Assembly: GCA_965202585.1 (NCBI GenBank)
Contig: OZ241826.1
Location: forward strand, 96,534,001 to 96,598,000
Direction: 5' to 3'
Source: Thalia democratica
Lineage: Eukaryota
DNA length: 64,000 bases
Shown: piece after piece, positions 40,840 through 51,544 of the stretch
How the letters are laid out: the number at the start of each line of letters is the position of its first letter
Position numbering within the stretch: the stretch's first letter is position 1
Made by a program: the position numbers and the translations under genes
Notes under the pieces: generated by a model
What the model was told of the DNA's origin: nothing
The model's input: the letters and a program-made list of their open reading frames with translations, nothing else
Database searches by the model: none

Positions 40840-41663
40840 CAGTAACCTCTCGCATCTTTACGCACTCGTAACGTTACGCTTTTTAGAATTCTAAAAAATA
40901 AAATAAATTCAATATTTTTTAATATTGCACATTTTAGGTCTATTTTATATTTTAATGCAAAATATGTTTTTGAATGCTATTTCACTTCACTATATCTTTA
41001 GACTTTGTAAACTTATGTTCCTTGACTAACTGATTAACATTTATTTATACCTCAGTATATCAGATATTTTGTTAACAATAACAGTTTTAATTAAAATTCT
41101 GAAATAAATATGACTGTGTTAAATAATGAAAGTATAATGAAACAATGAAAGTTTATAACACAAACCAATAATACAGCACTCTTGCCCTATATATGAACAA
41201 ACATCTAAAAAAGAAATCTTATGAAACTTCCTAGCAAAAGGTAGCAGTGATACTAAATAAATATAGAGCTTATAATTAACACAAATGCTTAATTATGAAT
41301 TGAATTTTCTAAGTAGAATAGAATATAAATGTTTAGTATCAAATAAATCACATATAAAAAAGGATAAAATCTACTTATTATTAAAATTTTTAAAAAGTTT
41401 TGAAAAGTGTTATTATATTATATAAATTTAAATCCTTTTTTTTAATATATGTATAGCTTTATCTTTTGTTTTCATATTTATGAATGAATTAAACAAATTT
41501 TAAAAAAGTGAGAAAGTCCCCAGTCTGCTTTTAACTAGAAGCAATATCAAAAAACAGCCACTATAGTAAGTAAATTTGGTACCTCTCGTATCTTTACGAT
41601 TTCTCGTATCTTTACGCAGCTTTGCTGTGGACACAATGTCCGTAAATAAGCGAGAGGTTACTG
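40840..41663 (-). mobile_element. pogo/Tigger-type MITE, copy 2 (opposite orientation)
   Basis: Same TIRs and TA TSD; internal sequence is the reverse complement of 34751-35459 plus an extra segment near 41190-41300. Confidence 0.9.
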
Positions 41664-42895
41664 TACAGACATTTTAAGTGTGTTATAACTTTAAATTGAT
41701 TTATACATATTTTTTTTCAAACTAACATTAATTATTTTCAGTCAATGGAGAATATAAAGTATAACTGGAAAATTATAATATACATACTAAACTAGAAACT
41801 TTTATAATAAAAGTTTTCAAGCTGAATTTTTTCTAACAAATTTTATTACTATGTTCTGTGTGGTTAACTAATTAGAGAAAAATGTGTTAAACTTGTTAGG
41901 TTTAAAACATTTAATACACTTGGTTACCTTTTATTCAAGTTGTAACTAATTACATTTCCACACATCTTTAACAAAAGGTTCATTCGTTTTTAGTCTATTT
42001 TGTTGAATTTTTAAAGTACTTATCATCCATGTTTACAAATAAATTTAGCTGTAAACATTATATTGACTACATTTTTATCTATTATGACATAAAAATATTG
42101 TAAAATTATTTTAGCTTATTTTTTATAATAATTACGAACTAAGTTATCTACAAATATCATAGTAAATGTTCAACTTAATTATGAATAGCTGCAATTTTGA
42201 CTAAATTAAAGTTTTAATAAAGAACAAATGTATATATAAATGAAATATTGAGCAAAATAAAAAGCTGTTTTGCTAAAATATCACCAATTTTAAGTTTTAC
42301 CTAACTTAAAGCTTATTATAATGTTAATAAAACTTCAAGCATAAAACAAATCATACATTATGAGAAACAATGCCTTTGATAATACCAGTTTTAAGCTTAT
42401 ATTTAAATGTAATAGCTGTCAGATATAAAGCCTTTTAATAAAAACAAAGACTTATTAATGATTATTGTTCTAAAAAAATTTGACTTGTAGATACAATTTA
42501 CTAAAAAGTATTCAAAGTTTCAAATAACAGCATCACATAACACCATAACAAACATTTAAAAAATCTGCAGTTTAGCAAAACTAAAAAATGTTTTTAAAGA
42601 ATGTGTTAAAATAGTTTTATTGCAATATAAAGTTTTTTTTTTTTCATTTAATGAACTAACGAATACGCTTATACCATTTTTATAGTTACCAAGCGTATTA
42701 TTTATGAACTAGGACAATTTACTCGATTTTAAAATACAAACATTTAAACTGCAATCTGTGTTTTAAAGCATTATCGAAATTAGTTATTTTTGTCATACGC
42801 ATGTTATGGTGAAAAACAGCATCGCAATGAAATGACTTTTTTTTAAAAGTTATTATATCAAATGTAATCAGCTAATCAGTCTGTTTAAATGTCAG

Positions 42896-44368
42896 GACAA
42901 AACATTCTACCAAACAGGGACTTAAAACATTTTGTTAGATGGTCCAAACACATTCGTCTCCACAGGCAAAATGCTATTTTGCAGCGCCGTTTGAAGGTTC
43001 CTACGGCCACAAACCAATTCAACCAAGCTATTAATAAGCCTACTGGTATGTTCTTACCTAATAAAAGTTTAATGTGTACTTTATAGAAAGCTCAATAAGA
43101 TATGGTGATTACCCTGTGGTATTATAAAAACTAATAAAAACAAATCCGTTTTCTGACAATTTTCTGTATATTGAGCTGAAGTTATTTTTTGATATTAAAT
43201 ATTATTTCAAAATAATAGTTGTATCATGACAAGATAATCAAACCTCACTTTACCAAGAGACCTAATTTGTGGTTAATGACTGGTAACTTATTAGACCATA
43301 TACAACTACTTGATTACTACCCTATAGTCTTGATTGTCTTGAGTAATAGATCAAACATTATTGTTAGAAATAACATTCTTATTTGCATCGAGTCATTTTG
43401 TTAACAGACCAGGTAGTGAAAATAATTGCCAACAGCAGCCAATCTTTTCCGCTTGTGCGAGAAACATCGACGAGACTTGAGAAACGCGACAGCTAGAAGA
43501 GTGGTGACGCAGCAAGGTGAATATTTGTAAAATTTAACATTTTTTACTATTTAAAATCGAATCGATGTATATTTATCAAAAGTAGAACTTTTCTATAAAC
43601 CTTGCTTTATATAGGACAAGATACCGCACTAACAATTTCAATTGAAGAAGTCACATAGTATCAATTCACTAAATGTAATTTAGTTAAAAAAAAAAAAAAG
43701 ATTTAAAGTAATGAGCTTTAAAAAACGAATAAAGTGCTAAAAAAATATCAAAATTATAATAATAAAACTGTTTATCATTGTCTTAGGCATGACATGATAA
43801 GAATCTGCATCGCAACGAGAAACTCTTAAACAAAAGATATTATATTTTTTTACAAATGACAAAACAATTTTAGAGCTGAGCGATAATGTGTCAAGCCAAC
43901 CAATAGTCTACTTTTGTTGAGCTCCGGAGTCACGCTAGCACCTCATTAAAAAGAAGATATCATAAAGATATCTATAAAAGAGTTTCTTGAAAGTTTCTTC
44001 GGTCGGCATCGCCCAAGATGTTGAACTAATCGAGGTTATTATCTTTTAAGTGAATAAATGCTATCTCTCTTTTTTTTATAGAAAGAAATGATGTTTTTAT
44101 TACGAAGCATCTAAATTTAACTGAAATGTTCTACTTTTTGATAACTTTTTCCAATTGGTAAATTTCGTAACATGATGCTAATATAAATCAATTGAAACTA
44201 TTCTTTGTTTTTTGTTTATAACTAACAGCAAAAATGAATCACATCGTCGTCTTCTTGCCAGCTCTTTGCCGGAAAACGAGATTCCCACATTGCATTGTAA
44301 GAAGCTAGCCTTGGAAAAATGGTTCACCGCAAGATCCGCACCTGTGCTGCTCTAATTGATGTCAACAA
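42896..44368 (+). pseudogene. RPL7A: 60S ribosomal protein L7a (eL8) partial pseudogene, copy 1 (exons 42896-43045, 43436-43516, 43874-44034, 44243-44368)
   Basis: GQNILPNRDLKHFVRWSKHIRLHRQNAILQRRLKVPTATNQFNQAINKPT matches RPL7A [42 protein letters not shown]; later exons give [37 protein letters not shown] with stops and frameshifts; GT donors intact. Confidence 0.93.
43102..43156 (+). ncRNA. Putative box C/D snoRNA (intronic, copy 1, partly decayed)
   Basis: C-like ATGGTGA, guide ttaccctgtggta, D box CTGA, flanking stem gctcaata/tattgagc. Confidence 0.55.
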
Positions 44369-44413
44369 GTAAGTATTTTATTCTATGATTTTACTGCTGT
44401 AAACAATAAGTAT

Positions 44414-44484
44414 ATGATGAATGAAATACTTGCTGTTGTTAATATGAGTTTGTCTACAACAAACAAATGTTTTAAGAGCTGTGA
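44414..44484 (+). ncRNA. Putative U24/SNORD24-like box C/D snoRNA, copy 1 (decayed)
   Basis: C ATGATGA followed by tgaaatacttgct, close to the U24 guide GAATATTTGCTA; D box altered to ctgtga. Confidence 0.45.
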
Positions 44485-45034
44485 ATAAAAAGCAAAAATT
44501 TGATAATTCTAATATTGAAAACACTCAATTTTCAACTTTACGAACTAATCTTTTATGCTTAATGAAAGAAAATACGTGCTTAATACCTTATATTATCTGT
44601 TTCGTTTTATAAACTGCCATCGAATTAAGTTTGTAATCATAGTTACAAATATTACTAACAAAACAATAAACAGTTACAAACTGCAGAAGTTTTGTAAAAA
44701 ACTAATAAAAAAATATTACATTTCAGAATTAAAGGTTAAATGCAGCTTTTATAGCTTATCTTTGTTCGAAACCTTTACAAAATAGTATAACAACCTAAAT
44801 ACTATATCTAGAAACTAACATATTTCTAAAAATCAACAAAACTATACTCATTAAATTGTTTGTAACACTTTCAGATTCTTCTTTAGTCAAGAAGATAAAC
44901 AGAATATAACCTTAAACAAAATATATTTTGACTTTTAAAATGAACTCAGAACACTATATTGTTATGAATATATTATTAGTACTTAAATCGTTTTTTAAAG
45001 CTTAGAATATTAACTTTTAATTTTTATACATATA

Positions 45035-45660
45035 ACAAAATTATATTTAGTGAATCGGTACTATGTGACTTTTTCAATTGAAAGTATTAGTGCAATATCA
45101 TGCCTTATATAAAGCAAGGTTTATAAAATAGTTTTACTTTTAATAAATATACTTCGATTCGAAATATTTTTATTTGTAAATGTCGCATATTGGAAATGTT
45201 ACTGAGTTATTCAAATATAATAGCATTTTATTGGTAAGAAAAATAAATTCAAATGATTGATTTTGAAACTTTTCACTAATAGACGTCATATTGCACTAGT
45301 TTATTATAATCTAATTACTTATGTAGATAATTTTTTTTAATTTTTAGTATTCTAATAAGGGATACATAGAAGAAAAATAACTTAAAATGCGTTAAATTGT
45401 AGTTGCAAAGCTTTAATGGTTTTTAGTTGTAAATTTAAAAAATTCGCCGAAAAAATATTAATTGCTCGCATATTTTTAAATCTATAGTGACGTCATTCAA
45501 CTTCCAGTAAAAGCAGCTTTTCCTTACTAAAATAAATATCTATAGCAAATCGTTATAGATGCAATATATATGTACTTTAACTATTTTAATTATTTTTAGT
45601 GCAATATTTTGCACATTACTATATTTGTTATAGCATTTCGTTAGTGTTACTAACCTTTAT
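45035..45660 (+). repeat. Interspersed repeat family carrying a TGACGTCA site, copy 1
   Basis: Collinear with 51545-52270 and 53290-54070 (gcaaggtttata, tgctcgcat..tagtgacgtcatt..ttccag, tagtgcaa..cattact); reverse fragments at 43555-43685 and 46440-46570. Confidence 0.8.
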
Positions 45661-45836
45661 AAACCTTTTTGTTAGATGGCCCAAGTACATTCGTCTAATG
45701 AGGTAAAAAGCTGTTTTTTAGCGCCGTGTGAAGGTTCCTCCAGCAATCAACCAGTTCAACCAAGCTATTGATAAGCCAACTGGTATGTTTTAACCTAATA
45801 AAATTCTAATGTGAATTTAAAACATCTCAATAAGAT

Positions 45837-45890
45837 ATGATGATTACCCTGTGGCATTGAAAAAACTAATGAAAACAACCCCTTTTCTGA
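45837..45890 (+). ncRNA. Putative box C/D snoRNA (intronic, copy 2)
   Basis: C ATGATGA 45837, guide ttaccctgtggca, D' TTGA 45857, C'-like CTAATGA 45866, D CTGA 45887, flanking ctcaata/tattgag stem. Confidence 0.65.
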
Positions 45891-46682
45891 CAATTTTCTG
45901 ATATATTGAGCTTTAATTATTTTTTTAGTATTACATATTATTTCACAATTCTTTTATCATGACAAGATAATAAAATCTCACTTTACCAAGAGACCTAATT
46001 TGAAATTAATAGTTTATGGGACCATAGACTACTACTTGATAAATGATTGTATTTAGGTCATAAATTTATGTCATAGATCAGTAGTAAGTCAATGATTGGT
46101 TCGGCCATTAGACAATTGTTTAATGTCTATGATTGGCTTTCAACGCTATAGATCAAGACTAAATGTCTTCTTTTAAACTTGGAGACAAACATTTTTTTTT
46201 CTTAACAATTTAAAAAACCCCATAGCTTTGACTGTCTTGAGTAAACATCATTCTTAGAAATAACATTCTTATTTGCATCTAGTTATTTTTTAAAGACACC
46301 AGATAGTGATAAATAAATACCAACAGCTGCCAACCTTTTGCGCTTGGGCGAGAAATACCAACCTGAAAGCAAGTTGAGAAACGCGACATATTAAAGACTC
46401 GAGCCGCAGTCAGGTAAATGTTTGTTAGTTTATTACTATTTTAAGTCGAATCGACGTATATTTTTCAAAAGTCGAACTTTTCTATAAACCTTGCTATGTA
46501 TATGACAAGATGCTGCACTAATAATTTCAATTGAAGTAGTCACATAGTATCAATAAACTAAATGTAATTTAGTTATACTTATAAAAATTAAAGTAAAGTA
46601 ATGAGCTTTAAAAACGAATAAAGTACTCATAAAATATTAATATTATAATAATGAAATTAATTATCCTTTTCTTACGCATATC

Positions 46683-46734
46683 ATGGTGAGAATCCGCATC
46701 GCATTGAGAAACTGTTAAATTTTTTTAAGTCTGA
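46683..46734 (+). ncRNA. Putative decayed box C/D snoRNA with gcatcgca core (paralogs at 42806 and 43794)
   Basis: ATGGTGA-gaatccgcatcgca-TTGA ... CTGA; the motif recurs in the equivalent intron of copy 1 and in the intron upstream of 42896. Confidence 0.35.
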
Positions 46735-47265
46735 AAATATTATACTTTTTTCTACAAATAACAAAAAACATTTAAAGCTGAGGCGAAAGGTGACAAGCCA
46801 ACCAAGCGTCCACTTTTGTTGAGCTCGGAGTTAACACTATCACCAAATTCATTGAAAATAAGAAGCTTCTTCGGTCGTCACTGCCCACGATGTTGAACCA
46901 ATCAAGGTTATTATTTTTAAAGTACATAAGTGCCTTCTCTCTTTTAAATATTAATGATAACTTTATTACGAGGCAATTGTCTGATTGTTCTATTTTGTTA
47001 AAGTTTTCCAATTGGTTAATTTCGTAACCTGATGCTAACATAATTCAACTGAAACTATGTTTTTTGAATATAACTTACAGCAAAAATAAATCACATCGTC
47101 GTCTTCTTGCCAGCACTTTGCCGCAAAACGGGAGTCCCACATTGCATTGTGAGAAGCTCGCCTTGGAAAATTGGTTAACCGCAAGATCTGCACCTGTGCT
47201 GCTCTTATTTATGTTAACAAGTAAGTGTTTTTTTCTATGATTTTACTACTGTAAACAATAAGTAT

Positions 47266-47335
47266 ATGATGAATGAAATATTTTGGTAATATTTATATGA
47301 GTTTGTCTACAACAAACAACTGTTTTAAGAGCTGA
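47266..47335 (+). ncRNA. Putative U24/SNORD24-like box C/D snoRNA, copy 2
   Basis: C ATGATGA 47266, D CTGA 47332 (70 nt); tgaaatattttggta and acaacaaacaactg resemble the two U24 guides in the right order. Confidence 0.5.
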
Positions 47336-47935
47336 GAATAGAAAGCAATACTTTAATACTTTTTTTGTATAAAAATTTGGGTTTAAATTAATGAAATAAT
47401 CTTTTGGTTTAATGAAAGAAAGTAGTTCTTAATATCTCATAGTATCTGTTTCGTTTTAAAAACTGCCATCAAATTAAGTTTGTAATTATAGTTATAAATA
47501 TTATTAATAAAACAATAAACAGTTACAAATCTGCTGAAGTTTTGTAAAAACTGATGAAGTTTTGTAAAAACTGCACTAATAAAAAATATTACATTTTAGT
47601 TTTAAAGGTAACATGCAGCTTATACAGCTTAATTTTGTTCAAAACCTTTACAAAATAAGGTTTACTATGTTTTAAAAACTATAATATATCTAAAAATCGA
47701 GAGAGTTTTTTTAACCTCATTATATTGTTTGAAACACTTTCTGATTCTTCTTCAGCCAAGAGAATAAATAGTTTATAACCTTAAAAAAAAACAATTTGAC
47801 TTTTAAAATAAACTTAGACCACTACATTGTTATTTATATACAATTAGTTATGTTTTCTATTTGTTTTCTTAAAACCGAAACATATAATATTTTAAACATA
47901 TGTCTGCTAATTTTAATTTTTATACATAAAACAAG

Positions 47936-50900
47936 TCTTTTTCAACAATTTTCTTCAGTGTGATTACAATTGTAACAAGGTAAAACAAATTTTAAACTTA
48001 TATAGCCTTTTTAATTATATGAGAAATTATCAATCAATTAACAAAAAAACCCTAAACTGTAACAAAAAAATTAAAAACAACAAGGAAAACGTAATTAACT
48101 GTAACAATTTAAAACAAAACAAAATTAGTCTAATTTAAACAAGGATAATGAGTAATCAAACTCTCTTTGTTTGCATAATTCTGGCTTGTTTAAGTGAATA
48201 TAAATAGCTTCTATTTTAATTAAATCAAAAATGTTCGTGCAACTTCTTAAAACTTTGAACTTTGTCTCACTGTAATTATTACCACATTTAGGATTTTTTA
48301 CTAAGTGCTCTGAAATTGATGATCTTTTTGTTGCGTTTAAGGTTGCATTACTCATTTTCTTCGGTTGATTTTTGATATGGTCTTTCACGCACTTAGGTAC
48401 GTGCTCTTTTATTCTTGTTTTTAAATGCCTAGAAGTTTGTCCTATATAGCTGTTTGCGCAACAGCATTTATACGTGTATACCACGCAACTTTTGTGTTTG
48501 TAGGATATTAGATCTTTACCTCTAGGATTTAGGATAGCAGCAGATGTAAAAATTACTCTTGGTTTAGATGCGTGGTAAACTTTTTCTGTCATATTCTTGA
48601 TATCTCTTTCAACTTGTTTTGATTTTTCACCCACATAGGGCAAAATTAATAGAACAGGACATTTCTCTGGTCCATAAGGTTTTGTGTAATTTAGTCTTTT
48701 CAATTCAGTTTTGAATACCTTATCAATCAACGGATTGGGATATCCGTTCTTTATTAGTAATTCTTTTATAACCTTAAGTTCATTCTGAAATACTTCTGGC
48801 GAACATATTTTATTTGCTCTATGAAATAGGGTTTTAATCAAACCAATTTTTCTTCTTTTACTGCAATACGATTGAAAGTTAAGGTATTGACCAGTAAATG
48901 GTTTTCTGAAAATAGACGTTATGAATTTATTATCCTTTCTTTTGATTAAAACATCTAAAAATGATATTTGATCATTTTCTTTTGTAAATTTAATAGCACT
49001 ATGCAAAGAGTTTAACCTCTCAAACAATAAATTACTAACTTTTACACTATCACTGATAACAAAACAATCATCCACGTATCTCATATACTTACAATTTGAA
49101 TCGAATTCTGGTAGAACTTTGTATTCAAGATAGCCCATAAATATGTTTGCCAATGTAGGTCCTAATGGGGAACCCATGGCAATACCATCAATTTGACGGT
49201 ATAATATATTATTAAAACTGAATTCAACTTCTTCTGTTGCGAGTCTCATTAGTCGAACAAAATTACTTCTTTTCAGAGTCGGATTTTCAAGGTTATATAA
49301 CATTTCTGCACAAATATCTATCACTTCATTTAAAGGTACACTTGTAAAAAGACTTTTTACATCAAAAGAACAGAGAAACGTGTCTTTAGCTCCCTGGAGT
49401 TTTAAGTCATCTACAAACTTGAAAGAGTCTTTTACAATATATCTAGAAAAATACTTCAACACTGGATCCAAAAGACTATTTAAGTATCTTGCCAATTCAT
49501 GTTGTGGAGATCTTATCATAGAAAGTATAGGCCTCAGAGGTATATCCACTTTGTGTAGTTTTGGTAAACCATATAAACGAGGTCTTATGGAACCTACCGG
49601 TCTAATTAAATTATAATGTTCTTGAGAAAGTTCATTTTTATCCACCAAATCTTTTAATATTTGAATAATTTTCTTTTCCAACTTAACTATAGTTAGGTTA
49701 TCTCCTACAGGACCTATTTTCAAAAACTTCCTCTCATCATTAATTATGTTCAACATTTTAGAATTATAGTTATCTTTATTGAGAATTACGATTCCTGAAC
49801 CTTTGTCAGGTTTGGTAATGACAATATGTTCATTACTTTTAATCTTAGTCAGGCTACTTATGATTTCTTTTGAATTAATTACAGAACTATGTTCTGGCTT
49901 AAGTTTGCAAAAGTTGTGTGCAACTGAGACTAAGTTTGCTTTCAAAGCAACTTCATCCTGTTTTGAACTTGGCTGGAGTTTTAAAAGTTGATTTAAATAT
50001 TTCTCAAATCCTAAATAAGTAGCAACTTGATCAACCTTTTTTGCGGGGAGTGAAAAATTCATTCCATAGCTTAACGCAGTCAAGTCTTTTTCGTCAAATT
50101 TTTGAGAAGATAAGTTTTTGACACTTTGCTTGGTGAAGTTTCCAAATTTAAGTTCTACCAGTCTGTTTAGGTTCTTTTTGTTTTTTGCCAAATACTTCTC
50201 TTGCTGCTTTTTAGTAATATTTTCAGCATAACTAATAAATTATGTTGAAAGAATTGTATGCAAACAATAAAAATAAAAGACGTTTGCCGACAGTTAGCTT
50301 TCCCTGAAGTCCGATCAATGATGATTTAGCTTACACTCTTTAATTCTGATTTTTAACATTACAATCAATCAAGAAGATTTTTTATATAAAAAAATCTCAT
50401 TCTCTGTAGTAACAGTTTCCAGTTCTTTAAGAAGAAAATCTCATTTTTTGTCGTCTGTATTTTTGTACTTTGTTTAATGATGTTTTTTCAAGTATACGAC
50501 TAGGAGCTAACTTTAGTTTTATGACCATGTTTATAATGGTTAAACTGTTATCATTGAATTTTGTTTTTGAAGTTGTATATTTCTTTCAAACTCAACTTAC
50601 CTCTTTATAAACGGCTTTAACCATATTTTTTTAAGATTTGCAAAATTATGCGCATAGTTTGAGGTATGTTTAAAGAATTGTGTACTATACATACAAAAAA
50701 AGCAATGAATCTTTTCGGCATTTGACTGTTTAAAAGTTTAACCAACGATGGCTTTGCTTATAATCTGTAATTTTGGTTGTTACCATAAATTGTGAAGAGT
50801 TTTTATTAAAAAATATAACTTTATTACGCTCTACGGTATCAATTTCTTGTTCTCTAAGAAGAGAATCTAAGATTTTATCATGCCTTTTGTATTTTATCTG

Positions 50901-51160
50901 GTGATATTTCTTCACATATAGCAGATATAAAGCTTGCTTTCATTTCTATGATTGTTTTTATTATTTTTAATATACACAGTGGTCAAAATCTTGGTTTTGA
51001 TTACCTTAATATAATATTTTTTTTCGAAAAAGTGATTTCCAACTCTTCTAACTCCAAGGACAGTCATCAGTTATACCGTTCAATCTGTTGACAATATTGA
51101 ACTTGTATTTAGCCACCTCTGACAGCATAAAATCTCTAAAAAGTGTTTTTCGTGCCATGA
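47936..51160 (-). mobile_element. Penelope-like retroelement (PLE)
   Basis: RT followed by a C-terminal GIY-YIG endonuclease is the PLE architecture. 3' boundary is where homology to RPL7A copy-1 flank resumes; 5' boundary approximate. Confidence 0.9.
48125..50191 (-). CDS. PLE reverse transcriptase + GIY-YIG endonuclease ORF (no genuine ATG start)
   Basis: RT motifs YGLPKLHK, FDVKSLFTSVP, QIDGIAMGSPLGP, RYVDD, FLDV; GIY-YIG VVYTYKCCCANSYIGQTSRHLKTRIKEH..IEAIYI. The ORF-track start is TTG; an in-frame TAA lies about 17 codons upstream. Confidence 0.92.
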   Translation of the reverse strand: MAKNKKNLNRLVELKFGNFTKQSVKNLSSQKFDEKDLTALSYGMNFSLPAKKVDQVATYLGFEKYLNQLLKLQPSSKQDEVALKANLVSVAHNFCKLKPEHSSVINSKEIISSLTKIKSNEHIVITKPDKGSGIVILNKDNYNSKMLNIINDERKFLKIGPVGDNLTIVKLEKKIIQILKDLVDKNELSQEHYNLIRPVGSIRPRLYGLPKLHKVDIPLRPILSMIRSPQHELARYLNSLLDPVLKYFSRYIVKDSFKFVDDLKLQGAKDTFLCSFDVKSLFTSVPLNEVIDICAEMLYNLENPTLKRSNFVRLMRLATEEVEFSFNNILYRQIDGIAMGSPLGPTLANIFMGYLEYKVLPEFDSNCKYMRYVDDCFVISDSVKVSNLLFERLNSLHSAIKFTKENDQISFLDVLIKRKDNKFITSIFRKPFTGQYLNFQSYCSKRRKIGLIKTLFHRANKICSPEVFQNELKVIKELLIKNGYPNPLIDKVFKTELKRLNYTKPYGPEKCPVLLILPYVGEKSKQVERDIKNMTEKVYHASKPRVIFTSAAILNPRGKDLISYKHKSCVVYTYKCCCANSYIGQTSRHLKTRIKEHVPKCVKDHIKNQPKKMSNATLNATKRSSISEHLVKNPKCGNNYSETKFKVLRSCTNIFDLIKIEAIYIHLNKPELCKQREFDYSLSLFKLD

Positions 51161-51544
51161 AATTGAGTTTCTGCCTTTCATTCGCTCATTTTATAAAAAT
51201 TTTATGAAAGTTTTGAAAACAAAAGGATTTTGTTATTTCTTAAAGGAAATAGATAAATACTAAAAATAAATGCCAATACAGTTAAAAAAATAAAAAAGTT
51301 TTTTTATTTATATCTTAAAATTAAAGTTCTTACAACAGAAATAAAATTTTAAGGATGTACTGTTTAAGGATAGAGTTTCGTTTGAGAAAATAAATACTTT
51401 TTTTAAACTTTTTTGATTAAACTGATGTGAAGAAAACTTGATAAAAACCAAAAAAAAAAAGATGATATTAAATTTTAATAAGCTCATATTATTAAGTCTA
51501 ATTTTTCAATGTTGATCTAAATAAGATTGAGTGAAACGTAAATT

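Larger units (their letters stand above)
45668..47220 (+). pseudogene. RPL7A: RPL7A partial pseudogene, copy 2 (exons 45668-45782, 46327-46413, 46776-46906, 47095-47220)
   Basis: [107 protein letters not shown]; multiple frameshifts; 5' end cut at a repeat. Confidence 0.95.

Noticed and set aside
43711-43730. atgagcttt resembling the U36 guide (also at 46601)
   Set aside because: Match is only about 9 nt, no box C/D frame, and it abuts an interspersed-repeat fragment.
44870-44910. caagaagataaa as the start of the final RPL7A exon (KEDK)
   Set aside because: Similarity ends after three or four codons in both copies.
49380-49991. Plus-strand ORFs of 78 and 70 aa
   Set aside because: Antisense shadows of the RT ORF.
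51020-51070. CTGATGA..GAAA on the minus strand near the PLE 5' end
   Set aside because: Could not form stems II and III or find a UH site; lies within the putative N-terminal coding remnant.
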